Assembly (NCBI GenBank): GCA_032718475.1
Contig: JAUCBJ010005734.1
Span: 21,918-85,917 of the forward strand
Length of the DNA stretch: 64,000 bases
Direction: 5' to 3'
Origin: Nemertoderma westbladi
Taxonomy: Eukaryota > Animalia > Xenacoelomorpha
A program made the translations under genes and the position numbers. The first letter of the stretch is position 1. Each line of letters opens with the position of its first letter. The notes below the pieces were generated by a model. The model did no database searches. It was given only the letters and a program-made list of their open reading frames with translations, and had not been told where the DNA came from. Positions 26,580 through 40,379 of the stretch are shown here, piece by piece.

Positions 26580-26939
26580 ATGTGCTGCAGTATGTATACT
26601 ATGTGTATAATGCCTACATAATTCTGCTCAATACATAAACCTAATAATTGGTGACATTGAGTTGTAGGATTATAGAGATTATAAATAGTTTTTGAGAGTG
26701 TCGTAAATTTTGATCCCTCTTTGGCGTAAATTTTTGAAAAAAATTGATCCTGGTCCTAAACTTGTTCCTTCACTCTCTTTATAATGCTTCATGTTACAAG
26801 TAAGTATGGTGTTTAAATAACACAATTGTTCTAGAACTTGGCGTAAGAATAAAAAAATAATTTATTAAACGTTTTTATAATCATAATGTTGTGCCATTTA
26901 AAGTATCATTAACATCAACTACAGTTTTAACCAAAAGAC

Positions 26940-27342
26940 AGGCGTCTAGTCAACCACACATCACTTGGAATCCCATTCGGTTACTAAGCGTTTTAGGTTG
27001 ATGCTATTTGAGAAACAGAGACTCCCCGAGATCACAGTACTATATATTGTTTCACGATCATCGGATGATATAATAACGGAAATGTAATTTTCTCATATAA
27101 TAATTATTATGAATGGGAGAATCTTTTAGGCTCGTTAACTCAAGGAATGCATGTCACCCTTCCACTCTGTTTCCCAAGTTGCCTTGGTTCCCATTTATCC
27201 AACCCTTGATTATGAAAGCCCGGGTTGGGCTAGGCTGCAGCATTTAATGCACTGTGCACAAATAGTGCTGCCCCATCTAGGGATCGAACCATGGCTTCCT
27301 AATTGGAAGCCCAGGAATGTCACCACTAGACTAAGATGTTGC
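26940..27342 (-). mobile_element. tRNA-derived SINE
   Basis: Minus-strand head with TAGTCTAGTGG (A box), a CTTCCAA loop and GGTTCGATCCC (B box), followed by a non-tRNA body. The 3' end is approximate. Confidence 0.65.
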
Positions 27343-29250
27343 TTGGTCTAAGATATAATATTATATGTGATATAATAATTGATTATATTAGTAAAAAAAT
27401 TCATTCGAGTAAAAATTATGTTACATGATCCTTTATGATGTATAATGTATATTCTTATTACAGGGTAATAATACACTAACACGCCTACACACTTGAACTT
27501 GATGTAAGACCTATGAGACAATGGGACTTACCTTATTTCAGTAGACTTAGCATGTTTGTTACAAGTTACTGGCTTTAAATGGTTGTAGTTCAGCTTTAAC
27601 GTCAGAGAATACTTACTATGGTTCTGGTAACAGAGTGGATTTGACTTCAGCTTGCTATATGGCAGCAAAGTACTGGAAAAACACTGTGAGCTATATTTCA
27701 CTCTGTGAAATGAAATTTACTTAACATTAAATGTCAACAAACCATAATACAAGCTTTTATCCAAAGGGCATGTAGGCAAATGTTCTCTTCCTTCGCAGCC
27801 ACCGCCCCATCTTTCCCTAAAGCAACGCTTCCATCTTGTCGGTCCAAGGACTGAAGGCTCTTTGGGACACACACTATTATCCAAAGTCCACTCACTCCAA
27901 ACACCAGCATCTAAAACAACATATTATGTTGAGAATTTTCATAAGTGTTTTTCTTTTGCAACAGCAATACATCACAGGTTGTGTGTTGTATAAGGATATA
28001 TATAAAATTAGTAACCCATATTAACTAAAACCCACAGTTCCTTAAAACCTAGCCAAGCTAGCATTTTTGGCTAATCACTTTTCAAACTTTTCTCCTGGTA
28101 ATTATCGGGGATCCCTGTCCATATTTTTCTTTAGTGTATTTTAGTATAACTAGAACTCGTACGTTTGCCTGTTTACAATCGACCTTCAATTCTGTATAAA
28201 TTTATTTCTTCTGTCGCTATCGGGATGTTTGTTTATACTTTATTTCAGATGTACTTTCGTTTTGTTATATTTTGATGTCAAAAAATAAGTCAAATTCCGC
28301 TCTACTTGCATATGAATAGCTTTATTGTTGGACCGATAGAGAAACAGCTAGACTATATTCCACTAAACATAAAACTGACGTCGGAAATGAAATCACCGAC
28401 CACGGAAACCCCACTAATGACAATTTTCTTTAAAATAACATTTTTTTAAATTGTGTGTGTGGTACTGTACATTTTACAGTGCTATATATGTATAATAATA
28501 GTGTTTTATATATTAAGTAATATAATTTACTGGGGGTAAAGTAAGTCAATTTAATCTACCTACTTTCTTAAAATTACATGTCTTTTTTATTAATAATAAA
28601 AATTATAATATTATTAAATTTTTACGTTTTTTTTCCTCCAAGGCACACATCTCCCTTTCCCTATCTTCTTTGCCTACTGCTTCTTTGCCTTCTTCCTCAC
28701 ATCCACACTAAAAATGAAAGGATCTCAATAAAATCTGTAATATAATATTATATTTTTTAGTGATATTTATACCTATGCCTATCATTGTATTTTAATATTT
28801 TAATGTTAAATTATTTATTATTTAATGATATTAATGTTTTATTGCGGTAAAGAGAAGTGTCTTGAGGCACTTTGCCCTTTATATTATTATTAATGTTTAT
28901 ATTATTTAGCATATTATATTTTTAAAAATAAAATTTCAAATTGGCACTTATCAGCCACAGTAACGTTGAAAGAAATAATTATCACTGTGGAATAGTTTGT
29001 GTGTTTGATTTTTAAGTTTGTTTATAATTTTAGTTCATCCATTTACTTAGAGGAATTAAGGTAGTAGGCGCATACAAATATAACTTTTATATTCTCATAC
29101 AGTACATTCAACGGTTGCAGATAATGTAGGTGGTATATTACTGCGGATATCTACGAATGGGATGTTGCCCCATTACCTGCTATAACGAAAGATTATTAAT
29201 AAATCAGCTAAAATATAAATATCAAATTATTTATGAATGTAGTACATAGA

Positions 29251-30025
29251 GGATAGTTATAAAACCCGAAAATATCGACAAAGGCGAAATTATCAACGAA
29301 AATATCGAAATTATAAAACAATCTACAAAACCTGGCTTTCCAGTACGATCGGTATTATTAGAAGGCACACTTTACATTTTTTAATTAATAAAATCAGATA
29401 ATTTCGCTCATTTTCGCCCTTAAAAGTTATTTAATACCAAATACTTTCTGCTGGTTGGTTGTTGGGTGTTGACCAATGGCGGCTTGGATGAATCAATTCA
29501 GCATCAGCTGATCAGTGTTCTAGTGTATTACAAGCAAGGTACACCCTGAAGGGGTAAAGGAACCGCTCCGGTCAGCCGGTACCCTAACCCATCACATGCA
29601 TACCCATTACGGCATACGGTGCCTCCGGGTTGCATGTGTGCAATGTACAGTGACTGCCAGGCAAGTGGCGCATGTGAACAGGCTGACTGGTGATCCTAAC
29701 TACACAGAACTGCAGTGCAGCAGTCGCAATGCTGTAGGCCTACACTCTGACTGTGCTGTCCTAATTTGAGCGCCATCTTGTGGTGTTTTGCCATCATTGG
29801 ATTACCCCTAAAAACCAATCAGCAGAAACAGTATGAGGTATTAAATTACTTTTAGGCTCGAAAATGGGGCGAAATTATCGGATTTCATTAATTCAAAAAT
29901 GTAAAGTGTGCCTTCTAATAATACCGATCTCACTGGAAAGTGAGATTTTATTTAAAGTTTTATAATTTCGACATTTTCGTTAATAATTTCGTCTTTTTCG
30001 TTATTTTCGAGTTTTATAACTATCC
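29251..30025. mobile_element. Non-autonomous Mutator/MULE-like DNA transposon
   Basis: ~210-bp imperfect TIRs beginning GGATAGTTATAAAAC; exact 9-bp TSD GTACATAGA at 29242-29250 and 30026-30034. Confidence 0.9.
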
Positions 30026-30358
30026 GTACATAGAAGTGTAGCTATGGAGCAACGGCAACGATTGGACGAATCATGGACTCTCAGACTTACAATTAAAAGA
30101 TAGTTTTAAGATTCGAAATTGCCTTTTATAACGAAAATGATAAACAATGTTGTTACCAATTGGGGGGAAAGGAGCAGGTTACACAGGTGTGCTTTTATAA
30201 CCAATAAAATATGTAGTAGTACTTCGAATCCCAATGCCAATAAAAAATAGTCATGAATGAATTTTTTGTTATGTTTAAAGTTATGAATTTTAGTTGATTT
30301 ATGTTTAATTTAGTGAATTAATTTTAGTGATAAAAAAATTAATTGTGATAAAACTTAC

Positions 30359-31704
30359 TGGGGGTTTTGCATCAGAAGTGGCGCCATTAAGTGCATTTGT
30401 AGAATCATCACTAACAGATAAATAATCGTAAACATTATTTGCTATTAGATCAGCTGCAGCTACATCCTCCGCATACTCATCGTTTAACTGACAAGAATAG
30501 GTTTGTTTTCCATCTTTCATTAGAATGGTGTTGTCATTTCTGTAGTTAAGAGACTTGCACTTTTTATTGCTGTGATAAAATAAATTTTCATTTATTAATA
30601 ATAGAAACTAGAATAAGTGTCCCCGAGAGCCAGAGTATTTTCCCCTGCACTATTACCCACGGGGGACAATAATTACCCCTTATAAGCAATTGAACAGTTG
30701 AGGAAAATTTCCCCAACGATCTGAAGCAATTGCCGTGCAGAAACCCAAACGGAAGCATTATTAGCCATGTCAAGGCACTGATGTTACTTGTGAGAGAGAA
30801 ATTCTTAATATAAAGAACATCTCAAGTTGATTACATCACCAGCCATAAGTAAGTTTAGGACAAAGGTGAATCAATTACAAATGCTGACATACAGCAACAG
30901 TCAAGATTTATTTACCTGAAAAACTGTAAATTAGGTATCTGTACAGAAATGTTGTGCCAAGGGCGCCTAAAAGCTGATAGTATTGAAGAATGTGTTGGGA
31001 AATGGAAAGACTACTAACCTACAGTACATGGTCAGCCATCAAACATCGAGGTCAGCTATATGACAAGCTGCTACCCTGAGAAATAGGGTAAAAAATACTG
31101 TATGAGACCAACTTAAAAGGGATACTGGGGACATGTGAGAAACGAAATTACGTTAAATATGGAGATTGGGAAATTCGAGGACTTCGTGTGGTGTTTTTGT
31201 GATATAAAGTTACACTATTATGCCAAAAAATATAGGAACTTAGGAAAACATAGGCCTATAGGTATACATATCTGATACAAAAAGCAAGCAAAGTCATGTC
31301 GCAATACTTGCTGGGGGTATCAAGTGGAATTGACTGGATATCACATTGCGATACTTGATGGTGACTGGATGTCTTCTCATAATACTTCCTAGTTGAGCCA
31401 ATAAACATTAACATAAACATTAACCATTAAAAACAATTCAATGGTTTAATTTAATATGTATTTTTTTTATATATTTTAAAACTCACCTGAGACACAAGGC
31501 ACTGCACCGAATCCTCGAAACAGGCTTTGACACGTTCTTGATTACATGATTAATCAGCTGATGTTCTGCAGCATAGCCTTCGGTACCAGCACCAAAGGTT
31601 GTATCTCTGTAGCAAGTAATACTCTCTTTCCCCTGCAAACCATGAGTTTGTGCTGGCCAGTTCAGCACTAAGCCAAGTAGAATCAAATGAAGATACCGAG
31701 TCAT
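30359..31704 (-). CDS. Secreted PAN/apple-domain protein, two coding exons (31704-31487, 30569-30359); later exons unresolved
   Basis: Signal peptide MTRYLHLILLGLVLNWPAQTHG. An AG|GTGAGT donor and TTTTATCACAG acceptor join in phase 2 to give RCSALCLSNKKCKSLNY...CQLN, the PAN cysteine pattern. GTAAGT donor at 30358; upstream acceptor at 31711. Confidence 0.85.
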
Positions 31705-31888
31705 GGTCAACTGTAAATACAAATACCAACTATGGTTTTGGCTACAATTTGGAATGTGGTACCCAAGATGTTAAACGAACGAATGAAGTGGTAGGCATTC
31801 ACCAGCGGCAGCATAGTGTAAAGATGATAGAAAAAATAAAGTATTGAGGGTCTTTAGCTGGTTATATTATATTAGGTAAAGATACAAT

Positions 31889-31924
31889 AGTAAACGTTTT
31901 CGACCTACCGGTCTGCATCAGACT
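31889..31924 (-). ncRNA. Degenerate minimal hammerhead ribozyme (Penelope-like element remnant)
   Basis: AGT-CTGATGCA-GACC-GGTA-GGTC-GAAA-ACGTTT-ACT. The core deviates from CUGANGA. Confidence 0.55.
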
Positions 31925-34613
31925 GGCATGTACTGGCAACTAACAGGAAAAGGTGAGGGTTACCCAAGATGTTATTCTAGGGTGCACATTTTGTTATATT
32001 TTTATTTTTCAATATTTATTATTATTTACTACCAAACGTGGTTCTGCTTGAAACCATAGCGCTTTTACAAGTCTGAGTCTAATTATATGTACGGTTTTTC
32101 TATTGTGATTGAGCAAGTTGTGGCATCATATCTATTATGAAATGAAAATTATAGGTGTATTTTACTAAGGAAGAATTATTTCAGAAAATTATGCACAGTT
32201 ACTATACTATATAGACACTCGCATAAATTTTCGCTTCTGATACTAAAGGCTGCGAAGGAAAATACCTTTTTCTATTTATACTTCCTGTTGTTATATTTTT
32301 TCATATTTTAAGTTATTGCCTCTTACTGTTTATGTAATAGAATAGCTTATTACCATACCAGTATATTTCTACCAGTTTCATCGTCGTGTGCTAGTGCCCT
32401 ACCATCGGAACAATAAACTACTTCACGCGTTTACCTGTTTCTAGGTTCCAACCTCCCTCAATGGAATCCACCATCCGACAACAGCGGGTCACTAGGAACA
32501 GTAGACCACGGGAATAACAACCAATCAGTCAACTACTAGCCGTCCAGGATAAGATCCTACCCTTACAGTTTAATGAGCCATTTAAACTATCCAGAACTAA
32601 TACTAATACAGTATTATTGTTATAAGAACAGAGTGATTTTACAGTACTCTTCATCGTGTTTAAGTAACGCAAAATCGTTATTGATTAATAGCCACAAGGC
32701 TATTATTACCCAATAGCCTACTGTATGATTGCGCATAATCCTCCATACACATTATTTTACGAAGATATTTAAGAGGTAAAACGTTCCATAGAAATAGTTA
32801 TTATACAGAAAACAATAAGCAGATGGCCAAATTATTCTGGTAAAAAATCAATAATGATATGGGCCTACTTTATTATTCATTACCTTTTCTGGGCTGTCAA
32901 TCATACATTTTCAACCCAATATTCAGGTTAACAAGTTAACAGTTACGCAGTTAAACATTCCATAGAAAATAAAATAAGCAGTTTAACACAATGAGAAGGT
33001 GGTTTTATATAGGTAAATAATTAATGTTGTTACCAACCAATCCCGGAAAAAATAACATAATCGCAATAATAACCTATCTAAAAATAGTGTTATTTTAGTC
33101 CTAGGAAAAAATAACACATTTATTTTTCAACACTCCTGTATCTGCAATCTGCATGTTGAAATTATATTTATGCCTGTTTGCCGTGTTGTGAATACAGTAG
33201 TTAGCTTACTTACGGTACCGGTACCTTTACTAACATGAGTGAAAGTGAAAGTTGTAAGAATAAGACTAGCGTAGGCCTATGGTATGTTTTCAGTTCAGAG
33301 TGTAGGTAGACTGACTGAATGCATCGTACAGTACAGGTAGCGGTACCACAGCTTCCTTTAAGGTCTTAATCACATCACTGCCTTACAACTGCAGAACCTA
33401 CCTGACCGGTAGGCCTACAGAACAGAGCATTGGGGAATAATTTAATGTACCAGTACTAGCAAACTAAACGGGAAATGCAGTACTGGTAGGCCTACACTAC
33501 AAGTTCAGATTGCACACTCAACTCAGCCTACTCTACTCAAAGATCTTTTACTTTCGGTATTTGACAATTATGGACAGCAGCATCCTGATCATGGCAGGAA
33601 TGCCATTCTCAACAGTTTCTACGATTCTACCGTAAAGACGGACGTACCAGACAGACAGACTTGTACCTACCAGTTGTAAATAACGTAGGTTTACATACTG
33701 CACATGCACAATGCTGTAGAACTACGGTACCGGTACAACGATAATAAAATTTAAGAAATTACACCAAAAATATTATATTTTACTTTTTCGTCAGGAAAAA
33801 AAGTTAAATGTTTTCTCCAGCTTTTGGTCTAAATTCGGGCGAAAAAGTAACAATTTAAGAATAAATAATTATTTATGGGAAAAAAATTAGAACTTTTTTT
33901 CATTATTCTCGAGGCATTTTATTTACCGAGCTTCAGCGAGGTTAATAAAGGGTTGATAGAATATTGAGAATCAAAATGTTCTACTTTTTTCTCGTATACT
34001 GTAATACGTAGGTTTATTCTTAAGTTAAATTGGTACATCGTATACAGTATGGTAAGCCTACAGTACATTGGATAACGTACAGCGATATAGAGTTACAAAA
34101 TAAATTCAGCTGTAGTATTTTACTATATTTGCTTCCATAGTTACTGCGATTAAAATTCTTGTACTCTGGGTTTAACTCATGATTCTGATTACTCAACGTT
34201 AAATAATTCAATGTTCTCGAATATTTATTACGTAACTAGAGAGCCGATTAACAACATAAACCAATATTGGATATTGAGTTCCGTTTTGGAGTACGCCTTG
34301 TAAATACTAAAGTTACAATAACTTTTGAGTGCGTGCATAGATTTAGCACAAATTACTTGCAAACCTTTTCTACGTCGATGCTCTTGCAACACAATTAATG
34401 AAAGTTAAAAAATGACACCAAAAATATTTTATTTTCCTATTTTCGCCGGGAAAAAAGTAAAATTAATGCAATCGTATGGTTACTATTTTCCTATGGAAAA
34501 AGTACCTCCTTTTCCCGATTTTTGGGTATACAGTATTCGATCGAAAGAGTACGTGTACGCTAACAATTTAAGAGTAATATTACATACAGTAAGTTGTGAA
34601 ATCGGTATTACTA

Positions 34614-34900
34614 CCCTGCAAACATGGTACGTTAAATTTACGTTAATATACTGTAGGTGTGGATTAAGTTGGAAAATCACATGAATAAATAACATATTGT
34701 TCAACGTTTGATTAACGTTCCACTATGCTAGAAAAATTACATGTTTAAAATAAACCAATCATAGTCGTTAATTCAGCGTAAAATTCGAACGTTAATTTTC
34801 ATTGATCTCTAAATGTGTGATGACGTTTGATAGCAACGTTAATTCCGAGTTTAATTATAAACGTTAATTTTCAACTTTATTTTTAAGTGAAATAACGTTC
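34614..34900 (+). mobile_element. Probable left end of a CACTA/EnSpm-type DNA transposon
   Basis: CCCTGCAAACA terminus followed by ~8 subterminal WACGTT motifs. No right end was found. Confidence 0.45.
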
Positions 34901-36513
34901 ACCTTGTAGTTCTACAATGTGCCAGGCAAACGCCATGATACATTCCCATGTGGATGGATATTACAGTAGACACACTGCCCAACAACACAATACCTGCCTG
35001 CCTATGGTGTTATAATATATTGCTTCTGATTGGTTACTTACACTATATTTGTCAGTATTATTCTGACTCACACTGCCATCTCATTGTGTATTATTATATT
35101 ATAGGATTTGAGTAAAGTTGCATATTACAGTATAATGTTTACTGTATTCACACTATTATTATATTATTCACATTATTTGTAAATGCATCTACTTACCTAA
35201 AGAACATATATGCATGCAATACAAGTAGGTACTGAACTGTGATGGATATTATTGCATTAACAGTTTTATTGTTTTTTTTATTTCCTTAAATTCGCCCATG
35301 TGAAGAATACCAGGATTTCACTTTTCGGTCGACTTTTTATTGGAATTTTATATATGAAGATTTTTTTTAATTTTTTTTTTTAAATTTTTTTTTGATTTTT
35401 AATTTATCTTTATTAAGTGTTTTATAGCTCTTATTTCTGCATTATAACCTGTACATATACTAATTCGTTTATTGTTTTGGTTAGATTCAGCCTTTCTGTA
35501 ACCTGTGGTTTTGGTGAAAACCTGGTATTCTTCACATGGGGGGTAACTGCAAAGTGAAATATAACGATAGAAAGTCTGGTATTCTTCACATGGGCCCTTA
35601 AATTTTTGTAATACATTAATTAAATTGCTGTCTGATTGGTAAACCTGAGCTAACTGTAATATTTCGATATTCTGTTTATATACGATATTCTGTTTATATT
35701 CTGTACATATGGCTTATTGTGTTGTCATCTTCACGGGCCCGGGTGGCGTTGAGGAAGTTGCAACAATATGTAGTGGATGGTTGTCGGCCGATGGACTTAC
35801 ATCACCATATCCCATAAACACTAAACTTGCATCCAAGGCGCTGAGGGAGTCGTTACGTGCTGGTGACACTGCAGTTGGGCAATGGGTATCTTGGCCTTGC
35901 ACATTTATTCGAAACTCATGCAAAGGTATTTTAACGGTAGTATTCTGATAATTAGATAGGATCATCGTATATGAATATCTAACAATCTAATAATTATTAA
36001 TTCAAATAATAATTATATTACAGTACTGTAGACTAAATTTCAATGTTAATAATATTTTTCAGATGATCTATTGACAGCTAAGGCAATAGAGAGGCGCGTT
36101 GTCTGTGAGGGTTCGGACATTGCAAGTGCTAGCGATCAAGATGGGTATTCCATTGGTATCGCAACATGATTCAGAGGAAAGAAACGGGTTGCGGTTGGAA
36201 ATGAGAGTGATACTATGGATGAAGAAACAGCTGGAGTTCGACAGGACATTCAGTGCACTAGCAGCAGCAGGTAAAATTTATATCTTATTATTGTTCTCAT
36301 TACCAATAATTAGTACAGTACATTCGAATTATTATGTAATAACTATTTACATACTTCTGTGTAAAGTAGCACTTTACAGTGTGATGATCCGAGTGGCTTT
36401 GTTACACGAACGAACGTTAGTGAGTGAGTGAAAACAAAGCCACGAGGATCAGAACTTCGCAACGGATCAGTAAAGTACTTCGCAACAAGTATGTACTGTA
36501 TATGTAGTTTTAT

Positions 36514-37629
36514 GGAGTATATATGTACAGTACAGGCCACCAGAAAACGCAGATTTGTACAATTGTGAACACATTATATCAAATGTGTACCAGTGTAATG
36601 TAATGTTGTTGAACGGGACAATTGAACATAATTGAACATACGGTAATTGAATTGGCAACAACCAAAATTTTTTCTCCAAAGGATACAATTGAATACTTTT
36701 GAAACGCTTAGTAATCTGGAAACTCTCTGTAGTTTGCCGCCAACTGTCACTCACTGCAGCTGGAAATGCGATAAGGATTTTGTTTACCTTTATAGTGTGC
36801 GGTTACTAGTGTCTAGTAGGCAGGCCTATAGTTAGTGATGTTAAGGCATCTTCTGGTGTTTCTCTGTGCCCTCTCGGTGTCAGACTAATGGCGCGACATC
36901 TCCCTGCACTAAATTAATTATTCAATGGTCTAGGCTCCTCCATCCATATACCCATCCACTCCATGAACCTCCATGTGGTCTTGTATGTAGTTATCTCTCT
37001 ACCAATACAGCCCATGTCTACAATGTTACACCCTGGGGGCTCTCTCATCTACCTGATATCAGACATACAGGCGCACCGCACACAAAGCCTTTGTCGGTCC
37101 CAGCAAGTTAGCCTCCTGCTGTGTGATCTAGAAGATAACTCGCCATAACCTGCTAATCAGATGAGTTGAACAAATGTGTTCACATGTGATCACATTGGAT
37201 GAAATCTGCTTTTTCTGGTGGCCTGTACTGTAGTATGGCTGGATGGCACATTCACAAGAATGATACGCCGGGTTCATTGTGTCAAGTACAATGCACACAT
37301 CTCCAACCAGACACTATATAACATTGGAGGTGTCTCATTGGTTCCCCCAAGCTTGACACTAGAACAAAATCGCCTCCGCTTTGCAGGACATTGCTTTCGC
37401 CGTGAGGAACAGCCAGTGCATAATCTTGTACTTTGGCAGCCTCATGGAGTGAATAAGCATGGTGGACAGCCCATGACTTTCTTGAGACTCATCTTAAAGG
37501 ACACTGGCCTTGAAGATGCGAATGATCTAGCAAATGTCATGGGTGATAGGGAGTTGTGGCGGCGCAATTTTGTCGACAAGCCGGCACAGCATTCTTAAAA
37601 ATGCAGCATGCCGATACTAGTAGTAGTAG
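36514..37629 (+). mobile_element. 5'-truncated RTE-clade LINE fragment
   Basis: LDGTFTRMIRR..HISNQTLY..RLRFAGHCFR..LWQP..KDTGL..DRELWR (37238-37598); (TAG)n tail; 13-bp TSD TATGTAGTTTTAT at 36501-36513 and 37630-37642. Confidence 0.85.
36528..37230. mobile_element. Tc1/mariner-type MITE nested in the RTE fragment
   Basis: TIRs CAGTACAGGCCACCAGAAAAMGCAGATTT at both ends, flanked by TA. Confidence 0.85.
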
Positions 37630-37860
37630 TATGTAGTTTTATTCCCAAATTTTAACATTACGAAATTATTGTATATACATTATAAGTGATAGAAACTGCA
37701 CAAATTATATTAGTTGCTGTATAAAAAATTTTAAAAATGACATAAATTATGTTAGAATAAATATAATATATAATATAATAGAATAAATAAGTTAGCTTAT
37801 ATTTATGGTGGCGTTTGGAGCCATGTTATAATAATACAGCTAGGCCCAACTGGGGGAGTA

Positions 37861-39906
37861 ATTATGGGGAATTTGGTTAGTACTGTAGGCCGACATTATT
37901 GGGGATTTGGTTAGTACTGTAGGCCTACATTATGGAGGATTGGGTTAGTACTGTAGGCCTACATTATGGAGGATTTTGTTAGTACTGTAGGCCTACATTA
38001 TGGGGGATTTGGTTAGTACTGTAGGCCTACATTATGGGGGATTTGGTTAGTACTGTAGGCCTACATTATGGAGGATTGGGTTAGTACTGTAGGCCTACAT
38101 TATGGGGAATTTGGTTAGTACTGTAGGCCTGCATTATGGGGGATTTGGTTAGTACTGTAGGCCTACATTATGGAGGATTGGGTTAGTACTGTAGGCCTAC
38201 ATTATGGAGGATTTGGTTAGTACTGTAGGCCTACATTATGGGGGATTTGGTTAGTACTGTAGGCCTACATTATGGAGGATTGGGTTAGTACTGTAGGCCT
38301 ACATTATGGAGGATTGGGTTAGTACTGTAGGCCTACATTATGGAGGATTGGGTTAGTACTGTAGGCCTACATTATGGAGGATTTGGTTAGTACTGTAGGC
38401 CTACATTATGGGGGATTTGGTTAGTACTGTAGGCCTACATTATGGGGGATTTGGTTAGTACTGTAGGCCTACATTATGGAGGATTGGGTTAGTACTGTAG
38501 GCCTACATTATGGGGAATTTGGTTAGTACTGTAGGCCTACATTATGGGGGATTTGGTTAATACTGTAGGCCTACATTATGGGGGATTTGGTTAGTACTGT
38601 AGGCCTACATTATGGGGGATTTGGTTAGTACTGTAGGCCTACATTATGGGGGATTTGGTTAGTACTGTAGGCCTACATTATGGAGGATTGGGTTAGTACT
38701 GTAGGCCTACATTATGGAGGATTTTGTTAGTACTGTAGGCCTACATTATGGGGGATTTGGTTAGTACTGTAGGCCTACATTATGGGGGATTTGGTTAGTA
38801 CTGTAGGCCTACATTATGGATGATTGGGTTAGTACTGTAGGCCTACATTATGGGGAATTTGGTTAGTACTGTAGGCCTACATTATGGAGGATTTGGTTAG
38901 TACTGTAGGCCTACATTATGGGGGATTTGGTTAGTACTCTAGGCCTACATTATGGGGGATTTGGTTAGTACTGTAGGCCTACATTATGGAGGATTGGGTT
39001 AGTACTGTAGGCCTACATTATGGAGGATTGGGTTAGTACTGTAGGCCTACATTATGGAGGATTGGGTTAGTACTGTAGGCCTACATTATGGAGGATTTGG
39101 TTAGTACTGTAGGCCTACATTATGGGGGATTTGGTTAGTACTGTAGGCCTACATTATGGGGGATTTGGTTAGTACTGTAGGCCTACATTATGGAGGATTG
39201 GGTTAGTACTGTAGGCCTACATTATGGGGAATTTGGTTAGTACTGTAGGCCTACATTATGGGGGATTTGGTTAATACTGTAGGCCTACATTATGGGGGAT
39301 TTGGTTAGTACTGTAGGCCTACATTATGGGGGATTTGGTTAGTACTGTAGGCCTACATTATGGGTGATTTGGTTAGTACTGTAGGCCTACATTATGGGGG
39401 ATTTGGTTAGTATTGTAGGCCTACATTATGGGGGATTTAGTTAATACTGTAGGCCTACATTATGGGGGATTTGGTTAGTACTGTAGGCCTACATTATGGA
39501 GGATTGGGTTAGTACTGTAGGCCTACATTATGGAGGATTGGGTTAGTACTGTAGGCCTACATCATGGGGATTTGGTTAGTACTGTAGGCCTACATCATGG
39601 AGGATTGGGTTAGTACTGTAGGCCTACATTATAGAGGATTGGGTTAGTACTGTAGGCCTACATTATGGGGGATTGGGTTAGTACTGTAGGTCTACATTAT
39701 GGGGGATTTGGATAGTACTGTAGGCCTACATCATGGGGGATTTGGTTAGTACAGTAGGCCTACATCATGGAGGATTGGGTTAGTACTGTAGGCCTACATT
39801 ATGGAGGATTGTGTTAGTACTGTAGGCCTACATTATGGGGGATTGGGTTAGTACTGTAGGCCTACATTATGGGGGATTGGGTTAGTACTGTAGGTCTACA
39901 TTATGG
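37861..39906. repeat. 34-bp satellite, ~60 units
   Basis: GGTTAGTACTGTAGGCCTACATTATGGRGGATTK; contains palindromes AGTACT and TGTAGGCCTACA. Confidence 0.98.
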
Positions 39907-40379
39907 CATCCATTCTGCTACAATATTACGCTCTGAAACAGTTTATCGCCATTGCATTAAATTGCAAGTAATTAATAAATTTGCGGTGCTGAGTACATAC
40001 ATACAGTACTTACTTACGTTATTACATTATTATTATACAGGGATTCGTTTACAGTAAATTGGTTGATTAATTAATTATTTTGTTTTTTTTAGTGTGGCTC
40101 CCTGAAAACCGAAAGAACGATGCAGCAAAGACGACGAGGGATCGACAATTAGCGATAATGAGGACGATGATGGTGACGATGCGGATGTGGACTTGTAATT
40201 TGTTTCAGTAAGACTTATTTTTGCCAATGCGAACTATAGACTGTATCTGTGCTGTCAACTAACTATCTGATTATTTTGTAATAATAATTTCATTTATAAT
40301 GTAAATAAATAAATGAATAAGTTTCCAGTTTCAAACATAAAGTTTACATTCATTTATAATTCACATAACATATTATAGG

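Larger units (their letters stand above)
35709..40198 (+). pseudogene. Spliced pseudogene resembling transposon-associated DUF4806-type gene N-termini
   Basis: Exon 35709-35925 (YCVVIF..VATI..GW..YP..W.SW) splices in phase 1 to exon 36063-36270 (DDLLTAKAIE.., internal TGA). Candidate last exon 40093-40198 has an acidic tail. Family assigned from pattern only. Confidence 0.5.

Noticed and set aside
27267-27342. tRNA-Gly gene
   Set aside because: Stems are imperfect and it continues into a SINE-like body without a terminator.
37861-39906. CRISPR array (34-bp periodicity with palindrome)
   Set aside because: Units are contiguous with no unique spacers, there are no cas genes, and the context is eukaryotic.
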